A stretch of DNA of 64,000 bases from the human T2T-CHM13v2.0 reference genome, Homo sapiens. This document shows positions 1 to 38,627 of the stretch, piece by piece; the stretch's first letter is position 1, and each line of letters opens with the position of its first letter. Location: the NCBI RefSeq assembly GCF_009914755.1, contig NC_060943.1, one strand, 5' to 3'. A program made the position numbers and the translations under genes. The notes under the pieces were generated by a model. That model was not told the origin of the DNA. It made no database searches and was given only the letters and a program-made list of their open reading frames with translations.

Positions 1-704
1 CCGTGCCCGGCCAACATTTTATTTTAGAATAGTTTTAGATTTGCAGAAAAAAAACAGTGAGGATAATAGAATTTCCCACATTCCCTACACCCAATTTCCC
101 CTCTTTTATTTATTTATTAAAGACAGGCTCTTGTTCTGTCGCCCAGGCTGGAGTGCAGTGGTGTGATCATAGCTCACTGCAGCCTTTGACCTCCTGGGCT
201 CAAGCGATCCTCCCACCTCAGCCTCCCGAGTAGCTGGGACCACAGATGCTCAGTACCACACCTGGCTAATTTTTTTACTTTTTTTGTAGAGATGGGGTCT
301 CACTATGTTGACCAGGCTTTTCTCAAACTCCTGGGCTCAAGCGATCCTCCTGCCTCAGCCTCCTGAGTAGCTGGGACTACAGCCACTCACCACCATCACG
401 CCCAGCTAAGTTTTGTATTGTTTGTAGAGACGGGATCTCTGTATGTTGCCCAGGCTGGTCTCAAACTCCTGGGCTCATGTCATCCTCCTTCCTCAGCCTC
501 CCAAGGTGCTGGGATTATAGGTGTGAACCACTGCACCTGGCTAAGAAAAAAAAAATAGGAGCAAAGATCATCCGCAACCATCCCTCAGCTGTTTCATTTC
601 TGTTTATTACACTACATGCATATTTCACTTACTTTGGGATACTGAGATGTGGCCCCGGATGGGCTTCTGAGGACAACTCCATGCCTGTAGGAAGTCGCTG
701 GCCC

Positions 705-1329
<625 letters not shown>

Positions 1330-1359
1330 TAGCGGGGGTGTGATAACAGCTGCTTCCCA

Positions 1360-1966
1360 GTCAATTGGAATGTCCACACAAATTAGAAACTGAAACAGTA
1401 TCTCCATCAACTCAGAGAAAACAGTAAAAAGAAAATAGGCGGTGAGATTTCTCATCAGTTACATTATTCTGACTTTAATTAGTGTCCAGGGAAACTGAAA
1501 CTATAGCTATACCTAAGATAAACATTTGAAGAAGGAGTAAAGGAAAGATTAATTTTGCAGCTGTCTCAGGGTCTGGTGGAGGGCTGATGGATGTCATCCT
1601 GTCTTTGTTTTGCACCGGGGAAAGTAAGCTTGTAATCAGTGCTGTCAGGATGAAATTCAGCAGACTGGTTCCGTGGACAAGGGGTCACATAGAGCTTGTA
1701 AACCTAAGGTTACGTATCTTTGTTTACGGGAGGCTGGACATCTTGGAAAGATTTAGGAGTAAGCAAAGAATTTACGTATGAACAATTTGTGAGGGTGATC
1801 ATCTGGAGATGTGTGAGGGCTTTTTTTTTTTTTCTTTTTGTAGGCATCTGGGTAAGCTACAATGCTTAACCACTTAACACAATCAGGAAGCAACAGCCAT
1901 GCATTCGGGAAAGGAACTTCAGTGTTGTGTGGCTCAGTCTCCAGACCTAACTTTCCCTTTGGTACA
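1360..1966 (-). mobile_element. Probable old ERV1-class LTR remnant
   Basis: Non-Alu stretch whose end reads TGTACCAAAGGGAAAGTTAGG on the minus strand, reminiscent of MER-class LTR 5' ends; family and extent uncertain. Confidence 0.35.
1386..1503 (+). promoter_or_regulatory. Two ISRE/IRF motifs
   Basis: GAAACTGAAAC at 1386-1396 and GGGAAACTGAAACT at 1489-1502. Confidence 0.55.
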
Positions 1967-2657
1967 GACGCGGTGGTACATGCCTGTAATCCCAACACTT
2001 AGGCAGGAGGATCACTCGAGCCCAGAAGATCAAGACTAGTGTGAGCAACAAAGTGAGTTTCCCCCCACCCCTCACCTCAACAAAACATTTAAAAATTAGC
2101 TGGACATGGTGGCTGCGCCTGTGGTGGCTGGAGTGCAGTGGTGTGATCTTGGCTCACTGCAGCCTCTGCATTCAAGCAATTCTCCTGCCTCAGCCTCCTG
2201 AGTAGCTGGGATTACAGGCACCTGCCACCACGCCTGGCTAATTTTTGTATTTTTAGTAGAGACCGGGTTTCACCATGTTGGCCAGGCTGGTCTCCAACTC
2301 CTGACCTCAGGTGATCTGCCACTCAGGAGGCTGGGTAGGAGGATCCCTTGAGCCCAAGGGGTAGGAGGGTCCCTTGAGCCCAAGAGATCAAGGATGCAGT
2401 GAGCCATGTTCGCATGACTGCACACCTGCCTGGACAACAGATGAGACCATGTCTCAAAAACAAACAAACCAATACAAACAACAACAACTTTTCCTTTGGC
2501 AAACTGCCTTTGGAAGGTCCTCATATTTTTATTTTCTTTGACAGGAAAAAGCAATATATAGAAAGTGCTTAGCTTAGCACTTTGTACATTACAGTTCCCC
2601 ATCATAGTTTGCCCTTGTCATTTGATAAGTTTTGGACTTGACTGCAGGCTTTCCTTA

Positions 2658-3005
<348 letters not shown>

Positions 3006-3344
3006 CTACAGAACAAGACTCTGTCTCAAAAGGAAAAAAAAAAGAATTCAGAATTCACCTGTCGCCTGCTGCTGCAGTGAACAGTGAGTGGCACTCCTCT
3101 CTCACACCTATCACAGGTATTCTTCTTTTCCTTCCAGATCCTTCCCTGGCACCGGTTCCAGGAGGACCTCGTTCTTAGGCAGCATCTGTGTCTCTGTTTT
3201 GTAAGACACACAGAGTATCCTTAACCCACTGCAGATATTTCCCTGGGTCCACGGTCAATCAACACCACCTTTCAGTCTCCAGCCTCTTAACCAGCCCAGG
3301 GCTGAGTGTTGTTTATAGTATTAATATGTTTCTGGCTGGGCTCA

Positions 3345-3638
<294 letters not shown>

Positions 3639-3848
3639 TTAATATGTTCCCCTTGATCAGTGGGGTGGTTCACCCTTGTAATCCCAGCACTTTGGGAGGC
3701 AGAGGCTGGCGGATCGCTTGAGTCCAGGAGTTCGAGACCAGCCTGGGTGAACTAGCAAAACCCTGCCTGTACTAAAAATACAAAAATTAACTGGGCTTGG
3801 TGGTGCGAGCCTGTAATCCCAGTGGAGGCTGAGACAGGAGAATCCTTT

Positions 3849-4604
<756 letters not shown>

Positions 4605-5096
4605 TCAAAAAACAAAAACAAAACAAAACAAAAGAACCCTCACAATCTTCCTGCACCCAACTGATGAAATCACCATTGCAAAAGTTATATCAGTGAGAAC
4701 ATTAGAACAGTAAGCTAAGCTAACCCAAACCCCACCTTACTTTTCCCTTAATTATTCCTGGGCTACTGGGTCGAGCTAACTTTGGAAGACATTTAGGCTA
4801 TGGTTTAAATAACAGGCCTTGCCAAAAACTCAACCACTTATTTTTTTGAGACGGAGTCTTGCTCTGTCGCCCAGGCTGGAGTGCAGTGGTGTGATCTGGG
4901 CTCACTGCAATCTCTGCCTCTGGGTTCAAGCAATTCTCCTGCCTCAACCTCCTGAGTAGCTGGGATTACAGGCGCATGCCACTGAGTAGCTGGGATTACA
5001 GGCGCATGCCACCAAGCCTGGCTAATTTTTGTATTTTTAGTAGAGACAGGGTTTCACCATGTTGGTCAGACTGGTCTCGAACTCCTGACCTTGTGA

Positions 5097-5402
<306 letters not shown>

Positions 5403-5890
5403 TGATCCGTCCACCTTGGCCTCCCAAAGTGCTGGGGTGACACTGTGCCTGGTCTCAACCACCCTTTTTTTTTTTTTCCTCTGTCACCCAAGCTGGAGTG
5501 CAGTGGCATGATCTTGGCTCACTGCAACTTCCGCCTTCTGAGTTCAAGCAATTCTCCTGCCTCAGTGTCCGGAGTAGCTGAGACGACAGGTGTGCACCAC
5601 CACCCCCTGCTAATGTTTTGTATTTTTAGTAGAGATGGGGTTTCACCATGTTGGCCAGGCTGGTTTCGAACTCCTGACCTCCACCCGCCTTGGCCTCCCA
5701 AAGTGCTGGGATTACAGGAGTGAGCCATCACTCCTGGCATAGAAAGTTTTTCTCATCCATTGTCCTCCTCCTCTTCTTTCTTCATCTTCCTCTTCCACTT
5801 TTTTCCAGGCAACTTTAGCAGGACCCTTTGCACCGTCAAACTTTCCTTTCAACTTACAGTCAGCAACCTCTTCCTCATATTTCTTCTTCA

Positions 5891-6421
<531 letters not shown>

Positions 6422-6566
6422 AAGAGTCCAGACGGTGGCCTTTTGGGGACATTAGGCTCTTTCTTCTTGCTTCCCCTTTAGCTGCTCTATAATCCTTCAT
6501 TTCCCGATCCTAGTGTACTTTATCCGCCTTTGCCATTTCATCAAATTTGGACTTCTCTTTCACTGA

Positions 6567-6941
<375 letters not shown>

Positions 6942-7116
6942 GGTTTTTCTTCTTATGTTCTTCTCTGTACATCTGCACAAAAAAACTATAAGCAGACATT
7001 TTGCCCTTTGGTTTCTTGGGGTCACCATTAGCCATCCTGACTGTATTGTTTGCTAGTCTGGGCAGCGCAGGACACTTGTTCGCTATTTTTCTAAACTTTT
7101 CCCCCAATGGGTGTAA

Positions 7117-7350
<234 letters not shown>

Positions 7351-7573
7351 TAGGCTGGTCTCAAACTCCTGACCTCAGATGATCCGCCCGCCTCGGCCTC
7401 CCAAAGTGCTGGGATTACAGGTGTGAACCACTGTGCCCGGCTTAAAAGCATATTATTATAGTAAATACGTTTTTTCCCTTTCTTTCTTTCATTTTAAACA
7501 CTGGGGTCTCCTTATGTTGTCCAGGCTAGATTCAAACTCCTGGACTCAAGCGATCCTCCCACCTCAGCCTCCC

Positions 7574-8141
7574 TGTTACCCTGTTGCCATGACAGCCCTG
7601 ATAAAATAACTGGGAAAGTTCTCTTTCTTATTGTAAGTCCAAAAAAAAAAAAAAAAAAAAAGGCACAGCTGCTTAAAGATTGCAGACAGCCAGGGATGTC
7701 CCCAGAGCTTCTTGACCCCTGACCAGATACCAGAGGAAGATAAGATCCCTAAATCACCACAAACTGGAACAGACGACCTCTAGTCGACTTTAGATCATCA
7801 ATATATAATTATAATGCTAAAATTCCTTCTCTTAAAAGAAAATCTCCATTTTGTGTAGATGGGTTGTATGAAGACAACCCAGGAATTGAGGCTCATGAAT
7901 TGAGCCTGCGTGTCTGGAGTCCCACCCTGCACATGCTAGCATTCCTCTCCCTTCCTGTACCCAGGGGAAGAAACAATAAAACGTTATGCTTTTTACTGTT
8001 GAGGGAGAAGGGGCAGTTAGAGTGAGAGCCTCTCCTTCTCCATTCCTGGCCAGTGAATAAAACCTGATTGCCTTTTCCGATTGGATGTTCCTTCTTTGCC
8101 ACCTACACAAAGTGGGGAGGTAACTCGGTTTGCTGGTGGCA
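7574..8141 (+). mobile_element. Solo LTR (family undetermined) nested inside an Alu fragment
   Basis: TG...CA termini interrupting Alu gcctcc|cagtagctggg; TSD tccc/tcct; AATAAA at 7975 and 8056. Confidence 0.7.
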
Positions 8142-8895
8142 TCCTCAGTAGCTGGGACTACAGGCAATAAATTCTTTTATACGTCGCTTTTTAAACGTAT
8201 TGTGCCTGTGAACAAATCTTCAAGTTATACCCAAGATTTCAAAGCTCATGATGGTCCATAGTACTCGCTCTTTAAATCAATAGCTGCGTATCCCACAGAT
8301 GATTTCCTTTGGGATGATTTCCCAGAACTGGAATTGCAGATTCTTCACAATGCATTTTTAGTAGAGAAGGGGTTTCACCACGTTGGCCAGGAGGGTCTCG
8401 ATCTCTTGACCTCATGATCCGCCCGCCTCCGCCTCCCAAAGTGCCGGGATTACAGGCGTCAGCCACTGTGCGCGGCCACAAAGCTCCCAACTTTTCCGTT
8501 AAGCACCGAGCTTTTTTCTAGACTAGCAGCTGAGGCCGGAAGGAATTCTGGGGAACGTAGTGCAGACTTGCAGAGAACGAGTCTCTTGGTCCTGTGCCGT
8601 AGCATTTCCGGCGGAAGTTGCTGGGCGCGGAAAGCCGGCAAGACCTTTTTTTCCGCCATCATCGCTCACGCGCGCAACCCTGGCGACGCGTGGTGGCGAG
8701 GCTCCGCCTCCCCACGCCATTGGCCAGCAGCTCCTCGGGCACGCGTATACTGCGCTTCCGGGCAATCTCCGCTCCCCCCACCCCCCCGCATGGCCTTCTG
8801 GGAGTTGTAGTTCGGTCGCGAGCGCTGCCGTCGGGAGGCGCTCCGAGGTTCGAGGCTGTGCCCCGCGACCCCGCCTTCGGCGCTCGGCTCGCAGG

Positions 8896-13755
<4,860 letters not shown>

Positions 13756-13951
13756 TCCCTCACCCTTCCGCGGAAAGAGCCCCCTTACTCCACCTCCCCG
13801 CCAGCCTGGGGCCACCCCCCCTCACTGCATCCTGGGGCCACCCCCACTCACTGCATCCTGGGAACCTTCGCCCTGCAAGGCGTTTGCTATCTTCAGCCAC
13901 TGGGCGGAGCTGCAGCCCTGGAGGAGGGGGCGGGTCGAGGCTGCGTGGTGA

Positions 13952-14447
<496 letters not shown>

Positions 14448-14808
14448 TGACCTCAGGTGATCCGCCCGCCTCGGCCTCCCAAAGTGCTGGGATTATGGGC
14501 GTGAACCATCGCGCCTGGCTTGGGTCTTCCATTCTACAGAGTGGGAAACAGGCTCAGGGAGTGAGTGAGTCTGGATTCTAGATCATAGAGAAGACCTTGT
14601 CCCGGCCCTTCATCATTGGGCATAATAATAAAACAAGTACTGTTTCTACTGCAGTGGCCACATCCCCAACACGCGATACACCATTATTACCTCATTCAGT
14701 CTCCCTACAACCCACTGGGAAGCTCAGGTTTTGTTGCCATTTTCCAGATAAAGAAACTGAGATGGGGATGCTAAGGCCACAACTGGGACTGAAACCCAGC
14801 AATTGCTG

Positions 14809-14846
<38 letters not shown>

Positions 14847-15969
14847 GAGACAGAGTCTTGCTCTGTCACCCAGGCTGGAGTGCAGTGGCGTGATCTCGGC
14901 TCACTGCAAGCTCCACCTCCCAGGTTCACGCCGTTCTCTGGCCTCAGCCTCCTGAGTAGCTGGGACTACAGGCACCCACCACCACGCCCGGCTAATTTTT
15001 TATATTTGTGGTAGAGACAGAGTTTCACCGTGCTAGCCAGGATGGTCTCGATCTCCTGAGCTTGTGCTCCACCCTCCTCGGCCTCCCAAAGTGCTGGGAT
15101 TACAGGTGTAAGCCACAGCGCCCAGGCCTTTTTTTTTTTTCTTTCTTTTTTTTTTTGAGACAGCGCCTCATGCTGTCACCCAGGCTGGGTGAAGTGGCAT
15201 GATCTCGACTCACTGCAACCTCTGCCTCCCAGATTCAAGTGATTCTCCTGCCTCAGCCGGCACCCCTTGCTGCTGAGTAGCTGGGACTACAGGCTTGGGC
15301 CACCATAACCAGCTAATTTGTATTTTGTATTTTTAGTAGAGACAGCGTTTCACCTTGTTGGCCAGGCTGGTCTCAAAGTCCTGACCTCAAGTGATCCCCC
15401 GCCTTGGCCTCCCAAAGTGCTAGGATTACAGGTGTGAGCCACTGCGCCCGGCCCAGGCCACACCATTTTCATCCACCAATTCATACAACCTTGTTTTATG
15501 TACATTTGTTTAAAAACACCTTATTTAATATCTATGGTGGATTCATTTACATTGAACTCACAGCCAACAGCACCGAAACTCACGTCTGCATAAAGCTTCT
15601 CTATAATGGATTTTCTCCATGAGGTGCATCACAGACTTTTTTTTTTTTAAGTATTTTATTTTTGGCATGATCATAGCTCACTGCAGCCTTGACCTCCCGG
15701 GCTCAGGTGATCCTCCAATCTCAGCCTCCTGAGTAGCTGGGACTACAGGCTACACTGGGCTAATTTAAAATTTTTTTTGTACTGATGGGGGTCTCACTAT
15801 ATTGCCCAGGCTGGTCTTGAACTCCTGGCCTTGGGCAGTCCTCCTGCCTCGGCTCCCAATGTGCTGGGATTACAGGCATGAGCCGCCGAGCCCAGCCATT
15901 GCAGCCTTTTGGTACTTAGGAAGCCTGGACAGCATTTCGGTGTCTGGGGGAATTTCAATGGCAAAATCA

Positions 15970-16272
<303 letters not shown>

Positions 16273-16321
16273 TCAAAAAAAAAAAAAAAAAAAAGAGAAG
16301 AAATTCACCACCCTAAACTCA

Positions 16322-16750
<429 letters not shown>

Positions 16751-17118
16751 TCAAAAAGAAAAAGAAGAACTAAGGCTGTCATACTTGGAGTCTCACATCT
16801 GTAATCCCAGCACTTTTGGGGGCTGAGGCACGAGGATCGCTTGAGGCCAGGAGGTCGAGGCTGCAGTTTGCTATGATTGCGCCACTGCACTCCAGCCTGT
16901 GTGACAGAGTGAGACCCTGTCTCTAAATAAATAAATAAGTAAGGCAGGGCACGGTGTCTCACGCCTGTAATCCCAGCACTTTGGGAGGCCGAGGCGGACG
17001 GATCACCTGAGGTCGGGAGTTCAAGACCAGCCTGACCAACATGGAGAAACCCCCGTCTCTACTAAAAATGCAAAATTAGCGGGGCATGGTGGCGCATGCC
17101 TGTAATCCCAGCTATTCA

Positions 17119-17268
<150 letters not shown>

Positions 17269-17573
17269 CTATCTCTAAGTAAATGAATAAATAAATAGCA
17301 AAGCTAAGGCTTATTTCTTAGCGGCAATAGACTTTGTTAGTTGTAGTGGTACAGAAACTGGCCTAATGGGAGGGTCATTTTCTCACAGTGAGGACGGTGT
17401 TGTCTAAAGAAACATCCAAGCTTTTAAATAATTAAAGTTGGCCAGCCATGGTGGCTCACGCCTGTAATGCCAGCACTATCGGAGGCTGAGGCGAGAGGAT
17501 CACTTGAGCCCCCGGGAGTTTGAGACCAGCCTGGGCAACACAGCAAGGCCCTGTCTGTACAAATTAAAAATTA

Positions 17574-17765
<192 letters not shown>

Positions 17766-17960
17766 TCACACCTGTAATCCCAGCACTTTGGGAGGCCAAG
17801 CTGGGAGGATCTGTTGAGCTCAGGAGTTTAAGGGCAGCCTGGGCAGCAGTGAAACACCATCTCTACGAAAAAAACACACATGATCGGGCATGGTGGCTCA
17901 CGCCCGTAATCCCAGCACTTTGAGAGGCCAAGGTGGGCGGATCACGAGGTCAGGAGTTCA

Positions 17961-18221
<261 letters not shown>

Positions 18222-18224
18222 TCA

Positions 18225-18579
18225 GATGATTGTTAAAAGTAAACAAGGCTTTATTCAAGACTACTGCATGGAAGATTGAGCTCAACTCGGAATCCACGAA
18301 GTTGTCACCAAGGGGGGATTTATAGCCACGGAGCAGGGCAAGGGGGGGTCAGTGGATAGAAAATTATAAAGGCTTGGGGAGTCACCTTAAACTCTCTTAA
18401 TAGGATCCTTGCTGAAGCCAGGCCAGGGCGATCAGCTATCAAGAAACTGACTTAGCAGGATTCTTGCTAAAACTGGGCGACACAGATCAAAGACAGGATG
18501 GGAGCCAAGGTCACGGCCCAATGCAGAAGAGATTTCAGAGGACTCTGACTCAAGTTTGGCCAAGAAGAGAGTCTTTGTC
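18225..18579 (-). mobile_element. MER31-like LTR remnant
   Basis: Minus strand begins gacaaagactctcttcttggccaaacttgagtcag and carries AATAAA near its end. Confidence 0.5.
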
Positions 18580-19231
18580 GGGGCGGAGACCTGGCCTGGC
18601 CCTGGGAATCTGAGACGGGGGACAGTGCGTTCTCCTGGAAGGGGAGGTGAGCGGGGATGATGCAAAACGTACGCCCTTTCCCCAAACTCTTCAGCTGCCT
18701 TGGAAAAACTAGGTCTCTGATGCTAAGGCACCTGCCTGCATCTCCTGGCTCCCGGCACACGGATCATCTGCCAGGTCTCGCCCAGGCTCCTCTGGCGCCA
18801 GCCACAGAACCCGATCCAGCCAGAAAGCAAATGCCGTTTGTCCTCTCTGCCGTCCTTCTCAGCTGCCCCAAAAGCAGCCCCAGATCTCATTTCAGGGAGT
18901 CTGTGTGTGACCAGGGGCCTGAGGATGATCCATCCTGGCCTTGGGTCCAACTAGACCAATTGTCACTGATGACAGGGCCACTCACCCTGCAAAATCCCAG
19001 TCCTCTGAGCCCAGGCAGGCCTGGGGACTGCATCACGCAAGGGTTAGAGGGGCCCGATGGAGCCTACCCCACCTGCTTCTGACTTGGGTATCATCAATCC
19101 TAACATTTCTGGGCTGAGCTTACATCATCTTGGGCTACCGAGGAAGGAGCTGAGGGCCCTGGGAACCACAGCACTAAGTCCAGGATCCGTGCCTATCCTT
19201 CTCTTCTTTTATTATTATTATTATTTTTTGA

Positions 19232-19342
<111 letters not shown>

Positions 19343-19390
19343 TAGCTGGGATTACAAGCATGAACCACTACACCCAGCTAATTTTTGTAG

Positions 19391-19891
<501 letters not shown>

Positions 19892-20734
19892 TAGTAGAGA
19901 TGGGGTTTCACCACGTTGGCCAGGCTGATCTTGAACTCCTGGCCTCAAGTGATCCACCCGCCTCGGTCTCCCAAAGTTCTGGGATTACAGGCATGAGCCA
20001 ACATGCTGGCCTAATTTTTGTATTTTTAGTAGATATGAGGTTTTACTGTGTTGGTCAGGCTGGTCTGGAACAGCTGACCTCAAGCGATCTGCTCACATTG
20101 ACCTCCCAAAGTGCTGGGATTACAGGTGTGAGCCACCATGCCTGGCCATTTCTCTTTTCTTGAGACAAGGTCTCACTCTGTTACCCAAGCTGGAGTGCGG
20201 TGGTGCAATCATGGCTCACCGCAGCCTTGACCTCCTGGGCACAATCTATCCTCCCATCTCAGTCTCCCTAGTAGCTGGAACTATAGGTGTGTGCCACCAC
20301 ACTTGGCTACATTTTTACTTTTGTAGAGATGGGGTCTTGCTATGTTGCCCAGGTGGGTTTCTCTCCTATTGCTTACTCCCAGGCTCCACAGGGGCATGGG
20401 TACTGAGAGTGGCATTTCTGGATAGACGTGATCCCAGCTCCTCTACTCAATAGCTGCTGACCTTGAGCTGCGGCTTAAACTTCTCTGCGCCTCAGTTTCT
20501 CCATCTTTACAATGGGAACCTCAACATTCCTCATCTCATGGGATACGTGTAAGGGAGAATGCATAGGACCCGTGTCTCTCAGCTGCCCCTGATGACTCTT
20601 GAAGAAACACCTCTTGACTCTGACAGGCCTTTGAAGGTGGAAGGTTTCTGCAGCCTGACATCCAGGCAGAATGGATGATGTGACTCCCCGTGAGTGGCCT
20701 CTGCTAGTGGCAAACCCTATACTTCCTGTATTCA

Positions 20735-20863
<129 letters not shown>

Positions 20864-21035
20864 CTATAGTATTTTTTTTTTTTTCCAAGACAGAGTCTCC
20901 CTCTGTCACCCAGTCTGGAGTGCAGTGGTGTGATTGTGGTTCCCTGCAACTTCCATCTCTGGGGTTCAAGTGATTCTCCTGCCTCAGCCTCCTGAGTAGC
21001 TGGGACTACAGGCGCCCACCACCACCCCCGGCTAA

Positions 21036-21218
<183 letters not shown>

Positions 21219-22409
21219 TAGTAGAGATGAGGTTTCACCGCATTAGCCAGGATGGTCTCAATCTCCTGACCTCGTGATCTGCCCGCCTCAGCCTCCCACA
21301 AGTGCTGGGATTACAGGCGTGAGCCACGGCGCCCAGCCTAATTTCTTCCTTTCTTCCTTTCTTTCTTCCTTTCCTTTCTTTCCTTTCCTTTCTTTCATCT
21401 CTTTTTTCCTTTTCTTTCCTTTCTTTTCCTTCCTCCCTCCCTCCCTCCCTCTCTCTCTCTCTTTCTTTCTTTCTTTGTATTTTTAGTAGAGACGGTGTTT
21501 CACCTTGTTGGCCAGGCTGGTCTTGAACTCCCGACTTCAAGTGATCTGCCCGGTTCAGCCTCCCAAAGTGTTGGGATTACAGGTGTGAGCCACAGCGCCT
21601 GGCCATGACCAGCTAATTTTTGTATTTTTAGTAGAGATGGGGTTTTGCCATGTTGGCCAGGCTGGTCTTGAACTCCTAGCCTCAAGCAATCCGACTGCCT
21701 TGGCCTCCCAAAGTGCTAGGATTATAGGAGTGAGCCACTGTGCCCTGCCTACTTTTCTTTTAAACAGATAGGGTCTTGCTCTGTTGCCCAGGCTGGATCG
21801 TAGTGGTTCAATCACTGCTGATCTTCTTGCCTCAGCCTCTCAAGTAGCTGGGACCACAGGTGTGCACCACCATGCCTGGCTAATTTTTAATTTTTTTGTA
21901 GAGCTGGAGTCTCCCTATGTTGCCCAGGCTGGTCTTGAACTCCTGGCCTCAGGTGATCCTCTTGCAAGAGAACATCTTTGACAGATACTGTCCACACCCT
22001 AGAACATACCAGAATGCTGACAGAGCTTGTGTTTGCGAGGCCTGTGGAATTAATGGAGACATTTCTACCCTTTTCGACTGGGGCCTTGTGCCTATGGCTT
22101 GTTGGGTAGGGGAGATCACCTCTGTTTGTAAAGAACGAAACTGAGTTTGCATTACTGTTCCTTAAGGCAGGTCTGCCCAGCTCCCGGAACACTCTGAAAG
22201 CTGCACGCCAAACCCATATCAGGTGCCTGGAGTCTGGAGGTTTTGGCTGCAGCCCCAGGACCAGCCTTGCCCTGCGCCTCACCTGATTCTGGCTGAGATA
22301 GGAAGATGCTCGGTAACTCAGCTCCCCTTCCAGGCAGTGCAGACGAGGGGGCGGTTTTCAGCCGGGCCTCCCAAGTTGGAACCTTATCATTTCCAAGGTT
22401 CAAGTTTGA

Positions 22410-22902
<493 letters not shown>

Positions 22903-23024
22903 TGATCTGCCCACCGTGGCCTCCCAAAGTGCTGGGATTACAGGCATGAGCCACTGCGCCGGCCTTGCTTTATTTTTGTGTGTGTGGGAGGGAGCATGGT
23001 GGCACACCCCTGTAATCCCAGCTA

Positions 23025-23270
<246 letters not shown>

Positions 23271-23423
23271 TTAAAAAAAAAAAAAAAAAATTAAAAATGT
23301 GTTGAGGTGAAAAATCACATTAACATAAAATTAACCATTTAGAAGTATACAATTCAGGCCAGGCGTGGTGGCTCACGCCTGTAGCACTTTGAGGGGCCAA
23401 GGTGGATGGATCATTTGAGGTCA

Positions 23424-23807
<384 letters not shown>

Positions 23808-23897
23808 TCAAAAAAATTTTAAAAAGGCCAGGAGCAGTGGCTCACACCTGTAATTCCAGCACTTTGGGAGGCCGAGGCAGGGGATCACTTGAGGTCA

Positions 23898-24297
<400 letters not shown>

Positions 24298-25225
24298 TGT
24301 GGGTTGTGCAAGACAGGAGACCTTTGGAGACCCCTCTGTTATTTCCTTGAGCCCCAGAAACTACCCATGCCTACACCCCAAAAGCAGCAGCAGCATGAGA
24401 ACGATTAACACACATTGAGGACCTATTGTGTGGGGGTCCCCGGAATGCCTCACATGAAGTCATGTGTCTTGTCAGAGCCCTTGGAGACAGGGCCACTTCG
24501 TGTCCCCATATTACAGATGAGGAAACTGAGGCACAAAGCAGCTAAGCCCTCAGCCATGGGTCCACAGCCAGGAACCTGGGTCCAGCTCTCCAGCCGTGCC
24601 CCTGGCCCTGGGCTGCTCCAAGCTTGGCACACATGGATTTGAAATGTTCACAGCCCGAGGGGGTGCAGCGGATTTTGCAGAGTCTGAGACTTGCACATCA
24701 GCAGCATGGAGATTATGGGGTTCAGGTGAGAATCCTGGCTCTGGTGCTCAGTCCTGGCCGTGGGCCCCCTGGTGAGTCACTGCCTCTCTTGGGGCCTCCG
24801 TTTCCTCATCTGTAAAATGGATGGAGACACTTAGAGAATCACTGCCTAAGCCCCCCGCTCCCCTTATGCCTGTAACAGAATCTCATCCATCTGGACAGCC
24901 ACATTTCCCAGCCTCCCCTGCAGCAAGGTATGGCCATTTCGCTCTGTTCTGGCCAGTGGGATATAAAAAGAAGGGTTTCGAGGCTTCCTGGGAAGACTTC
25001 CAGGAGACACCTAGCCAGCGCTGGCCTCTGACTTTCCCTCAGAATGAGGAGGTGAAGGCTGGAGCTCTGGCAATTATTTTGTGCCACGAGGCAACCTTGA
25101 GGACAAAAGCCAAGGATGCAATAAAATGAGAGAAAAATCAAGTCCTACTGCTACTGCAGCTGAACCCGAACCTATCTCTATGGTATCCTTTTCTTACACC
25201 AGGTCTCTATTCCTCATCCCTGGGC

Positions 25226-37951
<12,726 letters not shown>

Positions 37952-38204
37952 TTAATTAATTAAAAAATAAAAAATAAAGAGAAAGGAGGCCGGGCGCGGT
38001 GGCTCTCGCTTGTAATCTCAGCACTTTAGGAGTCCGAGGTGGGCGGATCACTTGAGGTCAGGAGTTCAAGACCAGCCTGGCCAACATGGTGAAACCCCCG
38101 TCTCTACTAAAAAAAAAAAAAAAAAAAAATTAGCCCGGCGTAGTGGTGCATGGCCTGTAATCCTAGCTACTCGGGAGGCTGAGGTGGGAGGAATGCTTGA
38201 ATCA

Positions 38205-38627
<423 letters not shown>

